Of a DNA stretch of 64,000 nt, positions 1-10,432 are shown piece after piece. Numbering within the stretch: the first letter of the stretch is position 1; each line of letters starts with the position of its first letter. Below the pieces are notes generated by a model. It did not search any database. It worked only from the letters and a program-made list of their open reading frames with translations, and had not been told where the DNA came from. A program made the translations under genes and the position numbers. The stretch spans positions 1,897,625 to 1,961,624 of the forward strand of contig MCFH01000002.1 in assembly GCA_002104945.1 (NCBI GenBank). The letters are read 5' to 3'. This stretch comes from Piromyces finnis finn. Taxonomy: Eukaryota; Fungi; Neocallimastigomycota.

Positions 1-290
1 AGTAGCCTACCTTGTGGAACTATTTATGGTGTAACTTCTGTCAGTGTAACATTAATTTTGTGTTACCCTACTTTGTGAAATTCTAAATAAATTTTGTGAA
101 ACACTACTTTGTGGAACTATAATTGTGGAATTTTTACCTACTTGTGGAACACTACCTTGTGAAATCCTTCCTTCGTGGAATTCTTTTGAACGAATCTCGT
201 GGAACTTTGCTTGTGGAACTTCTACTCTGTGAAACTTTCCTTTTTATATTGGAATTGGAATAAGTGTAACTCTACTGTATGGAACAATGA
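1..290 (+). repeat. Degenerate short-period array of CTAC(Y)TTGTG(G/A)AA(C) motifs (leader array of element B)
   Basis: About ten imperfect copies, such as ctaccttgtggaac, ctactttgtgaaa and ctacttgtggaac, are visible directly. Confidence 0.7.
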
Positions 291-404
291 AATCTTTATA
301 TATAAAATCTATCTGTAATACTAATAGAAATATATTTATGAAATACTCTTGTTTTTAAATTGATGAAACTCTTTTAAAATTAAATTTAATTATAATATAC
401 TATA

Positions 405-1731
405 AAAAGAACTCGCCCGACACCGTTTGATAGGATAGAGTCTGAGCGACATCTTTTATACATAGTATATTATAAATTAAATTGGATATATACAATTAAA
501 AGAGTAAATTAAATCAAAAAATTAATTGCAAAGTAAGAAAATTAAAACTTATTTAAAAAGAAAGAAAATTAAGAAAAAGTTAATAAAATTTTAAAATTAT
601 TTAAATATATTGAGAAATAAGTGAATTAGTATGTTGATTTCACTTATTTGAATGAATTATTAATTGTTATTTTGAAATGAACTTATTATATACTTAAAAG
701 ACCTCGCTCGACACCGTTTGATAGGATAGAGTCTGAGCGACATCTTTTAAACATGGTATATAATAATTATAGAATTATTTAAAATATATTGAGAAATATG
801 AAAATTAAAATTTTGATATTTATTAATTAAAATGAAATTGAGAAATAAGTGAATTAAAATGTAAATATCACCTATTGGAAAAAGTTATTTTATTGAAATA
901 TATTTATTATATATTATAAAAGACCTCGCTCGACACCTTTTGATAGGATAGAGTCTGAGCGACATCTTTAGATATTGTATATAATAAATTAAATTGAATA
1001 TATAATTAAAACAAATTAAAATTTGATTATATAATAAGTAAATTTGAAATGAATTTATTATATACATAAAAGACCTCGCTCGACACCTTTTGATAGGATA
1101 GAGTCTGAGCGACATCTTTTAGATATAGTATATAATAAATTAAAATTAAGAAATGAATTAAAATTTTACAATAAAAGTAAAAGTAATAAATGTGTAAAGT
1201 TAGCTAAATAAATAAATTATTCTTTATTATAATAAGATTTCGATGACACCTTTTTAGAGGACAGAGTCAGATCGACATCTTTTTGGGAAATAGTATATAA
1301 TAAATTAAATTGAAAATACTATAAATTAATTTAACTTGAAAATTTGAAATATATAATTTAATTTAATGAAGTTAGAAAATGATTTGATATTTAAAATTAC
1401 TTTTAAAATAATTTAATTTTATACTAAATAAATAATTCGATGACACCTTTTCTTTAAAGGATAGAGTCAGGTCGACTTCTTTAATATGAAGATACAATAT
1501 AAATTCGATTAACTAACTAAATAAATAAAATATATTCAAGGATTATATATTATTAATTAAATTAGATAAATACAATTAAGAAGTTTATTAAATAATATAT
1601 TAAAATATTATGAAGTAATACGAAAACGAGCTTAAAAAAAAAAAAATAATTTAATTTCATTGTAATAACATGTTTTATACTTTATAAAGAATTCGCTGAC
1701 ACCAGTTGATAGGATGGAGTTGACTTCTTTT
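405..1731 (+). repeat. Seven copies of a ~50-bp GC-rich hairpin motif separated by AT-rich, mutually related spacers
   Basis: Copies lie at 405-457, 696-748, 918-970, 1068-1120, 1234-1283, ~1436-1482 and 1686-1731. Consensus is aaaagacctcgctcgacaccKtttgataggatagagtctgagcgacatctttt. Confidence 0.95.
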
Positions 1732-2292
1732 ATATAAAGGTGTATTTTATATAACTGAATATTTGACTAAATAGAAAATTCTTAATAATTAGAATATAAA
1801 TTTAAAGCATTTTTAATTTGATTTGAATTTATCAACAAAAGTCAATACAAATTTAGTTATTTAAAAAGTTATACATTTATTAAAAAAAAATTATTTTTAT
1901 ATTTAGTAAATTAAGATAATTTGATTGTAATAGTTTATTAAATAATTTATTAAACAAATGATTAAGAATAAATAATTAAAATAATTTGAATTCAATATGA
2001 GGAGGTTTTACAAATTTAGTTGTTAAATAAATTATGTTTTTTATATTTAATAAATTAAAATAAATTAATTAAATAAAGAATTTTTTATAAAGAAGTTATT
2101 GTATATCTAGTTAATAAGTTTATATTTTTATTAAGAAGTAAGTTTTATATTTAAAAGATTCAAATAACTTGAATAAATTAATATAGTAGTTTTGATTGAA
2201 TAATTATAAAGTTAAATAAATATATAATAAGAAATGAGTGTAATATTTTTTATTCTTAATAATATGATGGTAGTGAAATCAGAGCTAGAAAA

Positions 2293-2337
2293 TTAATCTA
2301 TTCTGGATCTGTTCTTAATTTCATTTATCTGGATTTT
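2293..2337 (+). pseudogene. pol: Relic of retroviral-type aspartic protease active site
   Basis: It translates LIYSGSVLNFIYLDF, compared with LIDSGSDLNFIHPEF in element E (near 61500); the catalytic D is replaced by Y. Confidence 0.7.
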
Positions 2338-3809
2338 ATAAAGAATAAAATGAAAATAAAAAGAAACAAGAAAGAAGAACAATTCAGTAATGAAATAATA
2401 AATTTGAAAATTCCAATGTTTTAAAAAGAAACTTAATGAATTACTGAATTGTGGAGGATTATAACAAAATGTTAAGTACATTTGTCCTATGGAAAATAAT
2501 GTTATCTAAATAATTTTAATTATAATAAATGTAATTTAAAAAATAAATATGATTGTAATGTATTAGTATTGTAGAATTAGAAATAGCTATAATAGAAATT
2601 AATGAGGAATAGTTTTAGTAATAGTAACAACTTGATAGTATAATAGTTAGTATTAATAATAATTAAAAAAAAAATAGAATTAATAAATACAACAAATGAA
2701 AAAAAAAATATAATAAAATGTAATAAATAGAATAAAGTAATAAATAGAATAAGTTAATAAATATGATAAATGTAATAAATAGAATAAATTAATAAATATA
2801 ATAAGTTAATAAATATGATAAATGTAATAAATATAATGAATAAAACAAATATAAATTAATGTAATATGTATAATAATTATAAGAGTTTTTAATAAATGAA
2901 TAGTTTTTATGTACTTAATAAAACGAACTTTATAAAGGAAAAAAAAAGATTTTAATCTTTATACAATTCTTTTTAATGGAAGTATAATGAGATTGATAAC
3001 TATAATTACTATATATTGATTGTAGGAAATTAAATGATATAATTATTGAAATTCATATATTCCTTTAATCAATAAATAAGATAAATGGAGTAAAATATGT
3101 TTTTAAACTAAATTTAAATATATCAATAGCTTAGTAAGAATTAAATAAAGTGATGAATTTAAAATTACTTTAATCTTTATATGGCATTTTTAATTTATTA
3201 TCATACCTTTTATTCAAAAATGTATCAGCTCTATTTTAATATTTTAAGTGATGCTTTTGATGAAGTATTTTAATTACTTTATAATTAATAATATTTAGTA
3301 CAACATTATGTATATGTTTATATCAATTCTGTGATGTTTTATTGATGATATTTAAATTTATGAATTCATTGTTAAATTTTTAAAAAAGAAATAATTTTAT
3401 AATACCATATATTGATAAATTATAAAATAAAAGAGAATTATAAATATGCTAAAAGTATTTTAAAAACGTCTAAAAATGATAAATTTGTTAATTAAATTAT
3501 AGTATTTACTTGATGACTTGATACCACTTTTGTTTATTTAATAATAAGATTAAAAAAAAATAGTGGTATAGTTAATATAATTATTGAATGATGTTTTTCC
3601 ATTATTATTAATGAATGTTAATTTTTTTACAAATATTTTATTACTAAGAATTTTGTTATATTTATTTGCTTAATAATAACCTTTAAAAAAAATAAGTTCC
3701 ACTTGGTTTAAAGCTTGTACAATAATAAAAAACATTTAATACTCTTTAAATGCTATTTTCTTTATAATTTTAGAATTGTCTGTTTGATATATTTAATATA
3801 AATTTTATC

Positions 3810-4400
3810 ACAGACTTTTCATTTAAATGAGAGGGTGAACGAGATATTGTTCCAATATCTCCGTTGGTTAATAAAATCGAATTGATTGTTATATTGGAAT
3901 CTACTTATAATATTTTATTGTAATCAATCAATCAATTTCAATTTTATACAAACTATGGATTTAATTTAAAATTTAATATTGAAATTTCTTCAGCTAATAA
4001 ATCAAAGAAAGTTGAACAGATTATTATAAGTATTAATAAAAAGTATTAAAATTGTAAAATAGAATTTTAATCATGCATAAGAAGATTATAAAAGTCATGA
4101 TGATCAAGAAGAATTGAATAAATAAAAATTTGAAACTTAAGTAAATGTTTTGTTTTGAATACTTAAATAAAAATGTTAATAGAAAACAATTTATAAATAA
4201 CCATAATCTGAATATAAAAACAAATGGATTCTTGATGATTAAGTTTTAGATAAATTATTAGAATTATGTATAAGTAACAAGAATGATAATAAGAGTATAA
4301 ATAAATTAAATACTTATATATTTTTTTAACAATGTTATGATTTAGAAAAAGTAGTAACCATTTGTTATTTAAATTTCTTCAAGAAAATAATCTCGCAGGA
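3810..4400 (+). pseudogene. pol: Relic of integrase C-terminal half and pol tail
   Basis: gagagggtgaacgagatatt corresponds to ERVNEI, and ctatggattt to YGF. The tail *PFVI*ISSRK* matches QPFVIEIPSRK in element K. Confidence 0.65.
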
Positions 4401-4421
4401 GCTCGACTTAAAGGGCGAGAT

Positions 4422-5212
4422 TGTAAAGATATAATATATATCTTTAGATTATTTAATAATTAATTATTAATTATTAAATAATAAATTAATATTTAGTAAA
4501 ACTGATTATAAAATTTTTGAGTAAATTTTATGGAATAATTTAATAATAAATTATTTTATAATAATTCCGTTAAATTTAAATTAAGATAAATATTTAAGTT
4601 TAAGGAATAAAAGAATTTTAATTAAATTTAAATATTTCAAATATTTTAAATAATTAAAATATTTTTCAAATACTTTTTATTTAGTTTTAGAATAGATTAT
4701 ACTTTTTTATTTAAATTTAGAATAGTTTAATAATTTTAACTTAGTTTTAAAAATAGATTTATTTATATTTCAATAGGAAATATATTAAGAATAGTATTGA
4801 TAATATTAAATTAATTTATAGAAAATACATGGGCTTTATTCAATTTTGAGTTTACTCAAATTGAATTAAAAGTATAATGAATTAGTTTAGTTTAGTTCTG
4901 TTATTTTATTATTTAATTAAATTAGTTTTGTTTATTTTATATTAAATATATGTTTATTTAAATAGAATAATATATTAGAATATAATTATGAAAAAATATA
5001 AATACATGTAATTTTTATTTGTTAAATCGATGTAATTGTTATTTTCAATTTTTTAATTATTAACTATTATATAGTTAATAATATTTTTAAGAGTTTAAAT
5101 AAAAATGTTTTTTTTTAAAATAAAAATTTAATGTTTTATTTTTTTATTTTTGTGTTAATAAAAATTGTTTTGTTTTAAGTATAAAATCTGTTTTAAATTT
5201 TATACTTTTACA
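4422..5212 (+). repeat. 3' LTR of element B (E-type, 791 bp)
   Basis: It begins tgtaaagat right after the purine tract aaagggcgaga and ends cttttaca. It is homologous to 58903-59628. Confidence 0.85.
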
Positions 5213-8200
5213 ACAACCATGAGAGTTGTCATATCTCTGGACTTAGGAAGATCAACAATAAAATCAATAGAAATATCAGACCAGGGCCTACTGGGAGTGT
5301 CTAAAGGGGATAACAATCCATAAGGCTTATGTCTGGGGACTTTGGATTTGCAACAAGTCACGCAAGATTTGATAAAAGATTTAACGTCTGAATGAAACCT
5401 TGGCCACCAAAAGTTTCTGGAAATCAGTTCAGTGGTTTTCTTAATACCGAAATGACCAGCAGCAACAGAATCATGATGAAGTTCCAAAACTCTTGTCCTA
5501 AGAGATTTAGGAACATAAATAAGATTATTATATAACAAAAATCCTTCGTTATCAATAATAACTTTATCAATATTTTTAATAGGTGCATTACATGCAGAAC
5601 CATTCATTTTAAATTGGACAATAGAATTATACAAATCGTCATTTTTAAGTTCTAATAAAATAGAATCGATTAACGGTTTGTTATCGCTATGATGAAACGA
5701 AATAGTAAGACAAGAAACATCAGAATTAATATTATTCTCTAAATGGTCACTTCTACGAGACAGGATATCAGGCTTACCGGATTTCTTTCCAGCTCTATAA
5801 ATGAGTTTAAAATCAAATCTGGATAAGAACAAATTCCATCTAATTTGTCTCTGAGATAACATTTCAGGTTTTCTAGGAAATGTTAAATTCTTGTGATCAG
5901 TATAAATTATGAACGGATGGCGTGCACCTTCTAAATAATGACGCCATTCTTCAAGAGCAACTACAATAGCTAAAAGTTCCTTGTCATATATAGGATAGTT
6001 TCTTTGACAACTCGTCAAACTTTTAGAAAGAAATGCAATAGGATGTAATTTGCCATCAAATTCTTGAGAGAGAATAGCACCGACGGCATAATTACTAGCA
6101 TCAGTTTCTACAATAAATCGTTTATTACTATCCGCATGTTTCAGAATAGGAGCTGTCGTGAACAGAGATTTTAATAAAATAAAAGCGTCCTGATCTTCTT
6201 TCACCCAGTTAAAAGCAACATTCTTTCTAGTGAGTTTGTGAAGAGGGTTTGCAATTTTAGCAAAGTCTTTAATAAAAATTCTGTAATAGTTGCATAAACC
6301 AATAAAAGACTGAACCTCTTTAACATTCTTGGGAACCGGCCAATCGAGAATTGCTTTAACTTTATTTTCATCCATTTGCAATCCATCCTTTGAAATGACA
6401 TAACCAAGAAAAGTGGTTTTCTCAACATCAAACTCACATTTTTCTAATTTAACATAAAGATTATTTTCAAGTAGTTTCTTAAGTACCTTTTTAACATGCT
6501 CATGATGTTCTTCGATATTATTAGAATAAATAAGAATATCATCAATATATGAGATAACAAAATCGTCTAAATAATCACTAAGGACATCGTTAATGAAGTG
6601 TTGAAAAGTTGCAGGTGCATTTTTTAATCCAAAAGGCATAACCAGATATTCAAAATGTCCATATCTAGTACGAAAAGCCGTTTTGTATTCGTCACCTTCT
6701 TTAATACGAACAAGATTATAAGCGGATTTAAGGTCTAATTTAGTAAAAATCTTAGCATTTTTCACCCTATCCAAAAGGTCACTAATTAAAGGTAAAGGAT
6801 ATGAATTACGAATGGTAATATCATTCAACTTTCTATAATCGATACAAAGTCTTAGGGAGCCATCCTTCTTTTTAACAAATAAAATTGGGGCACCAGCAGG
6901 AGACGATGATTTCCTAATAAAACCTTTATTTAAATTATCATCAATATATTTTTTAAGTTCCTCTCTTTCAACTTCAGTTAATGGATACAAAGGTCCATAA
7001 AATAAAGTCGAATCATCTTTAAGTTTGATTTCACAATCATAAGGTCTATGAGGAGGTAACACTTCACAATTTTTTTCATTAAACACTTCACTAAATTCTA
7101 AATATTGGGTTGGTACGGCGACCAATTTATCTTTATTAATATCTTTTCCATTATTATTATTATTACTACATGATTCGTTATCATTATTACATGTTTCATT
7201 AATTTTTGTTACAATACATTTAACTTTTTTATTAAAACTAATATATTCATCATCGCTATCATCTTCATCATTGATGGTTCTAACAAGGCGGCCTTTAACA
7301 TATTCTTTTTCTTCATTGTTTGGGACAGAGGGATCTACTTTCGGCTTTTTGGTCAAGCTTCGGTCGAGAACATCATGATCTAACTGATCATTCTTTGACT
7401 TCTTTCTTGGTTTTCTCTTTCTTTTGCCTTTATTACAATGTCTGGCACAATAACCAGAACTAAAAGCGATTTTCTTAGAGTCGTAGAAAGCATTTGGATT
7501 ATGCTTCTTTATCCACGGCAAACCAAGAATAACATCAACACCGGGGACTTGTAATCCATAAAGTTGAATTACTTCGAAGTGATTTTTGCAACGGAACATG
7601 CACTTCTCAGTCCTTTCCCAAACACTAACAACTCCATCACTAACACCAGATACACGGAATGGTTCTACTTTTTCCAAATTAATACCAAGGTCTTCAGCAA
7701 GACTTGGATTAATGAAATTTAATTCAGAACCGGAATCAATTAAAACCTTAATTTTAACTTCCGAAACTTCATTGGTACTCAAGTAAAAATCCACAAGGTT
7801 TAAATCACTTTTCACTCCCTTGACTCCAACTTTGTAAATTTTTGGATTAACAATTTTTGGAGTCCTTTCTTTAACAATTCTTAACACTTTTCTGGGCTTT
7901 ACTCTATTAGGACAATTAAATTTTAAATGTCCCGGTTGTTTACAAAGAAAACATAACCCTTTTTTCTTTTCTTCTTCAAAGTTATCTATGTTTTCATTGT
8001 AATTTTTACTTGATCCTTGAATATTCACATACCTTTTTCGTTTATTCTCTCTACTAATTTTAAATACATCCACATCCATAGGATCATTAGCCCTTCTACC
8101 ATTAAAATAAAATTCACTTAAAGAATTCCTTTTCATCATATCTTCAACTAAAATAGTTGAAGAAATCAATTGTTCAATTGAAGTTGGGTTTGATTCAATG

Positions 8201-8715
8201 AAAGCCAACTTCTCCCTAAGTGGTGGTAATAAACCTTTCAGAAACATGTAGATTTTTGCGCTATCATTAAAGCTTGAATTTTGGCTAATACGTTGAAACT
8301 CGGTAATGTAATCTAATACCTGACCAAGTTTCCTTTGGCGAAGATTATCTAATTTTCCGTTAGCTACAACGGTATCGTATCTATAACTGCCAAAATTAGC
8401 CTTCAACCTATCTATAAATTCATCATAATGGTTTAAAACCCCACTATTATTCTTCATCAACACTGAAGCCCATTCCAAAGGTTTACCAGAAAAGTATGAT
8501 ATAACGAAGTCGACCTTGACTCGATCTGTATTATACAGTGTCGGTCGAGTACGAAATACCAACTCCACTCTAGTTAAAAATCCATCCAATTCTCTTTGTT
8601 TACCAGAAAATGTCGGTGGAGCATTAATAATGTTCCCCGAGTTCCCGGAAACACCCACATTCCTATCACCCATTTCTAAATTTAAATTTTCAAACTCACT
8701 AATTAAATCCTCCAA
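5200..8715 (-). CDS. gag-pol: Gag-Pol polyprotein (Gag, CCHC knuckle, PR, RT, RNase H, integrase N-terminus), truncated; last codons read into the foreign LTR
   Basis: Motifs are CFLCKQPGHLKFNC, LIDSGS, LCIDYRKLN, YIDDILI, ETDAS, TDHKNL, HHDSVAAGHFG..C..C and SIDFI. Confidence 0.95.
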   Translation of the reverse strand: MEDLISEFENLNLEMGDRNVGVSGNSGNIINAPPTFSGKQRELDGFLTRVELVFRTRPTLYNTDRVKVDFVISYFSGKPLEWASVLMKNNSGVLNHYDEFIDRLKANFGSYRYDTVVANGKLDNLRQRKLGQVLDYITEFQRISQNSSFNDSAKIYMFLKGLLPPLREKLAFIESNPTSIEQLISSTILVEDMMKRNSLSEFYFNGRRANDPMDVDVFKISRENKRKRYVNIQGSSKNYNENIDNFEEEKKKGLCFLCKQPGHLKFNCPNRVKPRKVLRIVKERTPKIVNPKIYKVGVKGVKSDLNLVDFYLSTNEVSEVKIKVLIDSGSELNFINPSLAEDLGINLEKVEPFRVSGVSDGVVSVWERTEKCMFRCKNHFEVIQLYGLQVPGVDVILGLPWIKKHNPNAFYDSKKIAFSSGYCARHCNKGKRKRKPRKKSKNDQLDHDVLDRSLTKKPKVDPSVPNNEEKEYVKGRLVRTINDEDDSDDEYISFNKKVKCIVTKINETCNNDNESCSNNNNNGKDINKDKLVAVPTQYLEFSEVFNEKNCEVLPPHRPYDCEIKLKDDSTLFYGPLYPLTEVEREELKKYIDDNLNKGFIRKSSSPAGAPILFVKKKDGSLRLCIDYRKLNDITIRNSYPLPLISDLLDRVKNAKIFTKLDLKSAYNLVRIKEGDEYKTAFRTRYGHFEYLVMPFGLKNAPATFQHFINDVLSDYLDDFVISYIDDILIYSNNIEEHHEHVKKVLKKLLENNLYVKLEKCEFDVEKTTFLGYVISKDGLQMDENKVKAILDWPVPKNVKEVQSFIGLCNYYRIFIKDFAKIANPLHKLTRKNVAFNWVKEDQDAFILLKSLFTTAPILKHADSNKRFIVETDASNYAVGAILSQEFDGKLHPIAFLSKSLTSCQRNYPIYDKELLAIVVALEEWRHYLEGARHPFIIYTDHKNLTFPRKPEMLSQRQIRWNLFLSRFDFKLIYRAGKKSGKPDILSRRSDHLENNINSDVSCLTISFHHSDNKPLIDSILLELKNDDLYNSIVQFKMNGSACNAPIKNIDKVIIDNEGFLLYNNLIYVPKSLRTRVLELHHDSVAAGHFGIKKTTELISRNFWWPRFHSDVKSFIKSCVTCCKSKVPRHKPYGLLSPLDTPSRPWSDISIDFIVDLPKSRDMTTLMVVVKV

Positions 8716-8828
8716 TTCAAAATATAATATATAATATAAAATTAAAATGGTTTCTTACTACTATTTCAAGTAAGTAATCTTAAATTTTTTTTTTTTTTTT
8801 AATTACACTACTACAATTTATCCTAATA

Positions 8829-8876
8829 CAAAAGTTATTCAAACGCGTTCTGTAAAGCAGTGTCGAACAAGTTTTG
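8829..8876 (-). ncRNA. Leader hairpin motif of element C (structural homologue of the 405-1731 and 60387-60437 motifs)
   Basis: Sense sequence caaaa c ttgttc gac a ctg cttta cag aacgc gtt t gaataa c ttttg folds into the same stem/bulge/1x5 internal-loop architecture. Confidence 0.6.
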
Positions 8877-8899
8877 TATTACTAATTAATATTGGTTAA

Positions 8900-9146
8900 T
8901 TCTTCTTTCTTCTTGCACTCGGTGGTAGTTTCTAATTCTAACCAGTAGTCAAAATTTCTTCTTTCTTCTTATTCGGCGGTAGTTTCCAATTCTAACCAGT
9001 AGTCAAAATTTCTTCTTTCTTCTTATTCGGCGGTAGTTTCCAATTCTAACCAGTAGTCAAAATTTCTTCTTTCTTCTTATTCGGCGGTAGTTTCCAATTC
9101 TAACCAGTAGTTAAAGTTCTTTCTTGCTTTTTGTACCCGGCGGTAG
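8900..9146 (-). repeat. 54-bp tandem repeat x4 in the leader of element C
   Basis: ggtag recurs at 8924, 8978, 9032, 9086 and 9142. Each unit has two sense-strand CTACY cores. Confidence 0.95.
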
Positions 9147-9176
9147 ATACCCTAACGTATTCTCTATCTTCGTTGG

Positions 9177-9187
9177 GTAATTGTTAT
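9177..9187 (-). promoter_or_regulatory. Self-priming PBS of element C (ATAACAATTAC)
   Basis: It abuts the 5' LTR end and is the exact complement of GTAATTGTTAT inside the LTR (9312-9322). This is the Tf1-like arrangement. Confidence 0.85.
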
Positions 9188-9793
9188 TGTAATGTTGAAC
9201 ACTGAAAGAATAGATTAGGATATCTATTCTATTACAATAACACAAAAATTCGAAAAAATAAAATAAAAAATTGTTTTATAAAATATCTTTTATTATAATA
9301 GAATTTTAATAATAACAATTACATCGATAAAATGATGAAAAATATCTTCTATTTATATTTTTCCTAAATATATTTATATTATATTATAACTATTTATTTC
9401 TTATATATTATTATTTAAAATCTACACTAAAATCTTAATTATTAATAAATATTTAAACTATAACTATTTTTAGTAAAATACAATTGGCAATTCAAATTAA
9501 GTACTATTTAATTTGAATATGTGCCCATGTATTATTGATATATTAATCATTTATTATTTATCTATTTCTATAAAAAAACAATACTAAAACTAGGGATTTA
9601 AATTGAGAATATTAATTTACTTGTTAAACATTAAAAATAAATTAATAATTTATTTTGTTTTAAACTTTAATTATTAATAAATAAATTATGTCTCATTTTC
9701 TTTTTCTGAATATAATTTGTGTAACTTAAACAATAATACTTGTGGCTTAAGTTACATTAAAGATATCAAACAGAGGCGTTTGATATCTTTACA
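9188..9793 (-). repeat. 5' LTR of element C (C-type, 606 bp)
   Basis: It has TG..CA ends and is homologous to 48163-48780, 50888-51491 and 51669-52284. Confidence 0.92.
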
Positions 9794-10090
9794 CAGTCCA
9801 TGTATTACCTATATATTAATTAAATATTAATAATACTATTTATTATATATTTACTATTAAAAAAATGCTAATTTAAAACTACGCTAAAGTTATTGAACTA
9901 ATTTTAATTAAATAAAACCTTAAGATATAATTTGAATATTTAAAATATTTAAATTTAATTATCCATTAATTTAAATATTTATCCAAATTTCATTTTTAAT
10001 TTTGATATTTTAAAATTAATCTTTATTTAATTATTATTTAATTACTAATTAATTATTAAATAATTTAAAGATATATTTTATATCTTTACA
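9794..10090 (-). repeat. First ~297 bp of an E-type 3' LTR, interrupted by element C
   Basis: It is the reverse complement of the start of 58903-59628 and is preceded in sense by the PPT ttaaagggcgagat. Confidence 0.85.
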
Positions 10091-10129
10091 ATCTCGCCCT
10101 TTAAGCCGAGCTCCTACGAGATTATTTCT

Positions 10130-10432
10130 TTGAAGAAATATCAATTACAAATGGTTGATATCTATGTTTGATCATATCATTGTTATTCCTTGTATACACT
10201 TGATCTTTTCTAGACTTTTTATTTTTTCTATAAAATTCTTGGATCAATTGTACATCTGTAATTTGATCTTCCGGGATCTAAGCATTTTCGTCAAGATTTT
10301 TCCATGTCATCAAGAAGAATTCCTTTCCATGATAATTTCTTTCTTAAATAATTTTATCAGGAATCCTATCAATATCATTGGTTATATTTTTTCTTTTATT
10401 TATTACTGATCTACTTACAAATTCATTTTTCG
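10130..10432 (-). pseudogene. pol: Chromodomain-like pol tail relic with two in-frame stops
   Basis: It reads ENEF..IDRIPDKII*ERNYHGKEFFLMTWKNLDENA*IPEDQI..KHRYQPFVIDISSKK, homologous to 44456-45010. Confidence 0.85.

Larger units (their letters stand above)
1..5212 (+). mobile_element. Heavily decayed Ty3/Gypsy element B (leader repeats, protease relic, integrase relic, PPT, 3' LTR); 5' end lies outside the window
   Basis: The recognisable relics occur in the same order as in element E: CTAC array, leader hairpin, LI(Y)SGSVLNF protease relic, ERVNEIL integrase relic, PFVI-ISSRK tail, PPT, TG..CA LTR. Confidence 0.75.
5213..9793 (-). mobile_element. Ty3/Gypsy element C, 3'-truncated inside integrase by the B 3' LTR
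   Basis: It has a 5' LTR (9188-9793), PBS, leader repeats and gag-pol. The ORF is cut at MVVV by an LTR terminus at 5212/5213. Confidence 0.92.

Noticed and set aside
696-748. Assignment of the leader hairpin to a known ribozyme, K-turn or SECIS
   Set aside because: There is no CUGAUGA/GAAA hammerhead core. GTCTGAGCGA resembles part of pistol P1, but the following conserved AUAAA and pseudoknot are missing. Tandem G-A pairs for a K-turn or SECIS are not in register.
885-1115. 76-aa minus-strand ORF with a repeated MSLRLYPIKRCRARSF
   Set aside because: It is a translation of two hairpin copies on the antisense strand plus AT filler.
405-1731. CRISPR array interpretation of the ~50-bp repeats with spacers
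   Set aside because: Spacers are 100-240 bp, variable, nearly pure AT and related to each other. There are no cas genes, the context is eukaryotic, and the repeat is the leader motif of an LTR element.
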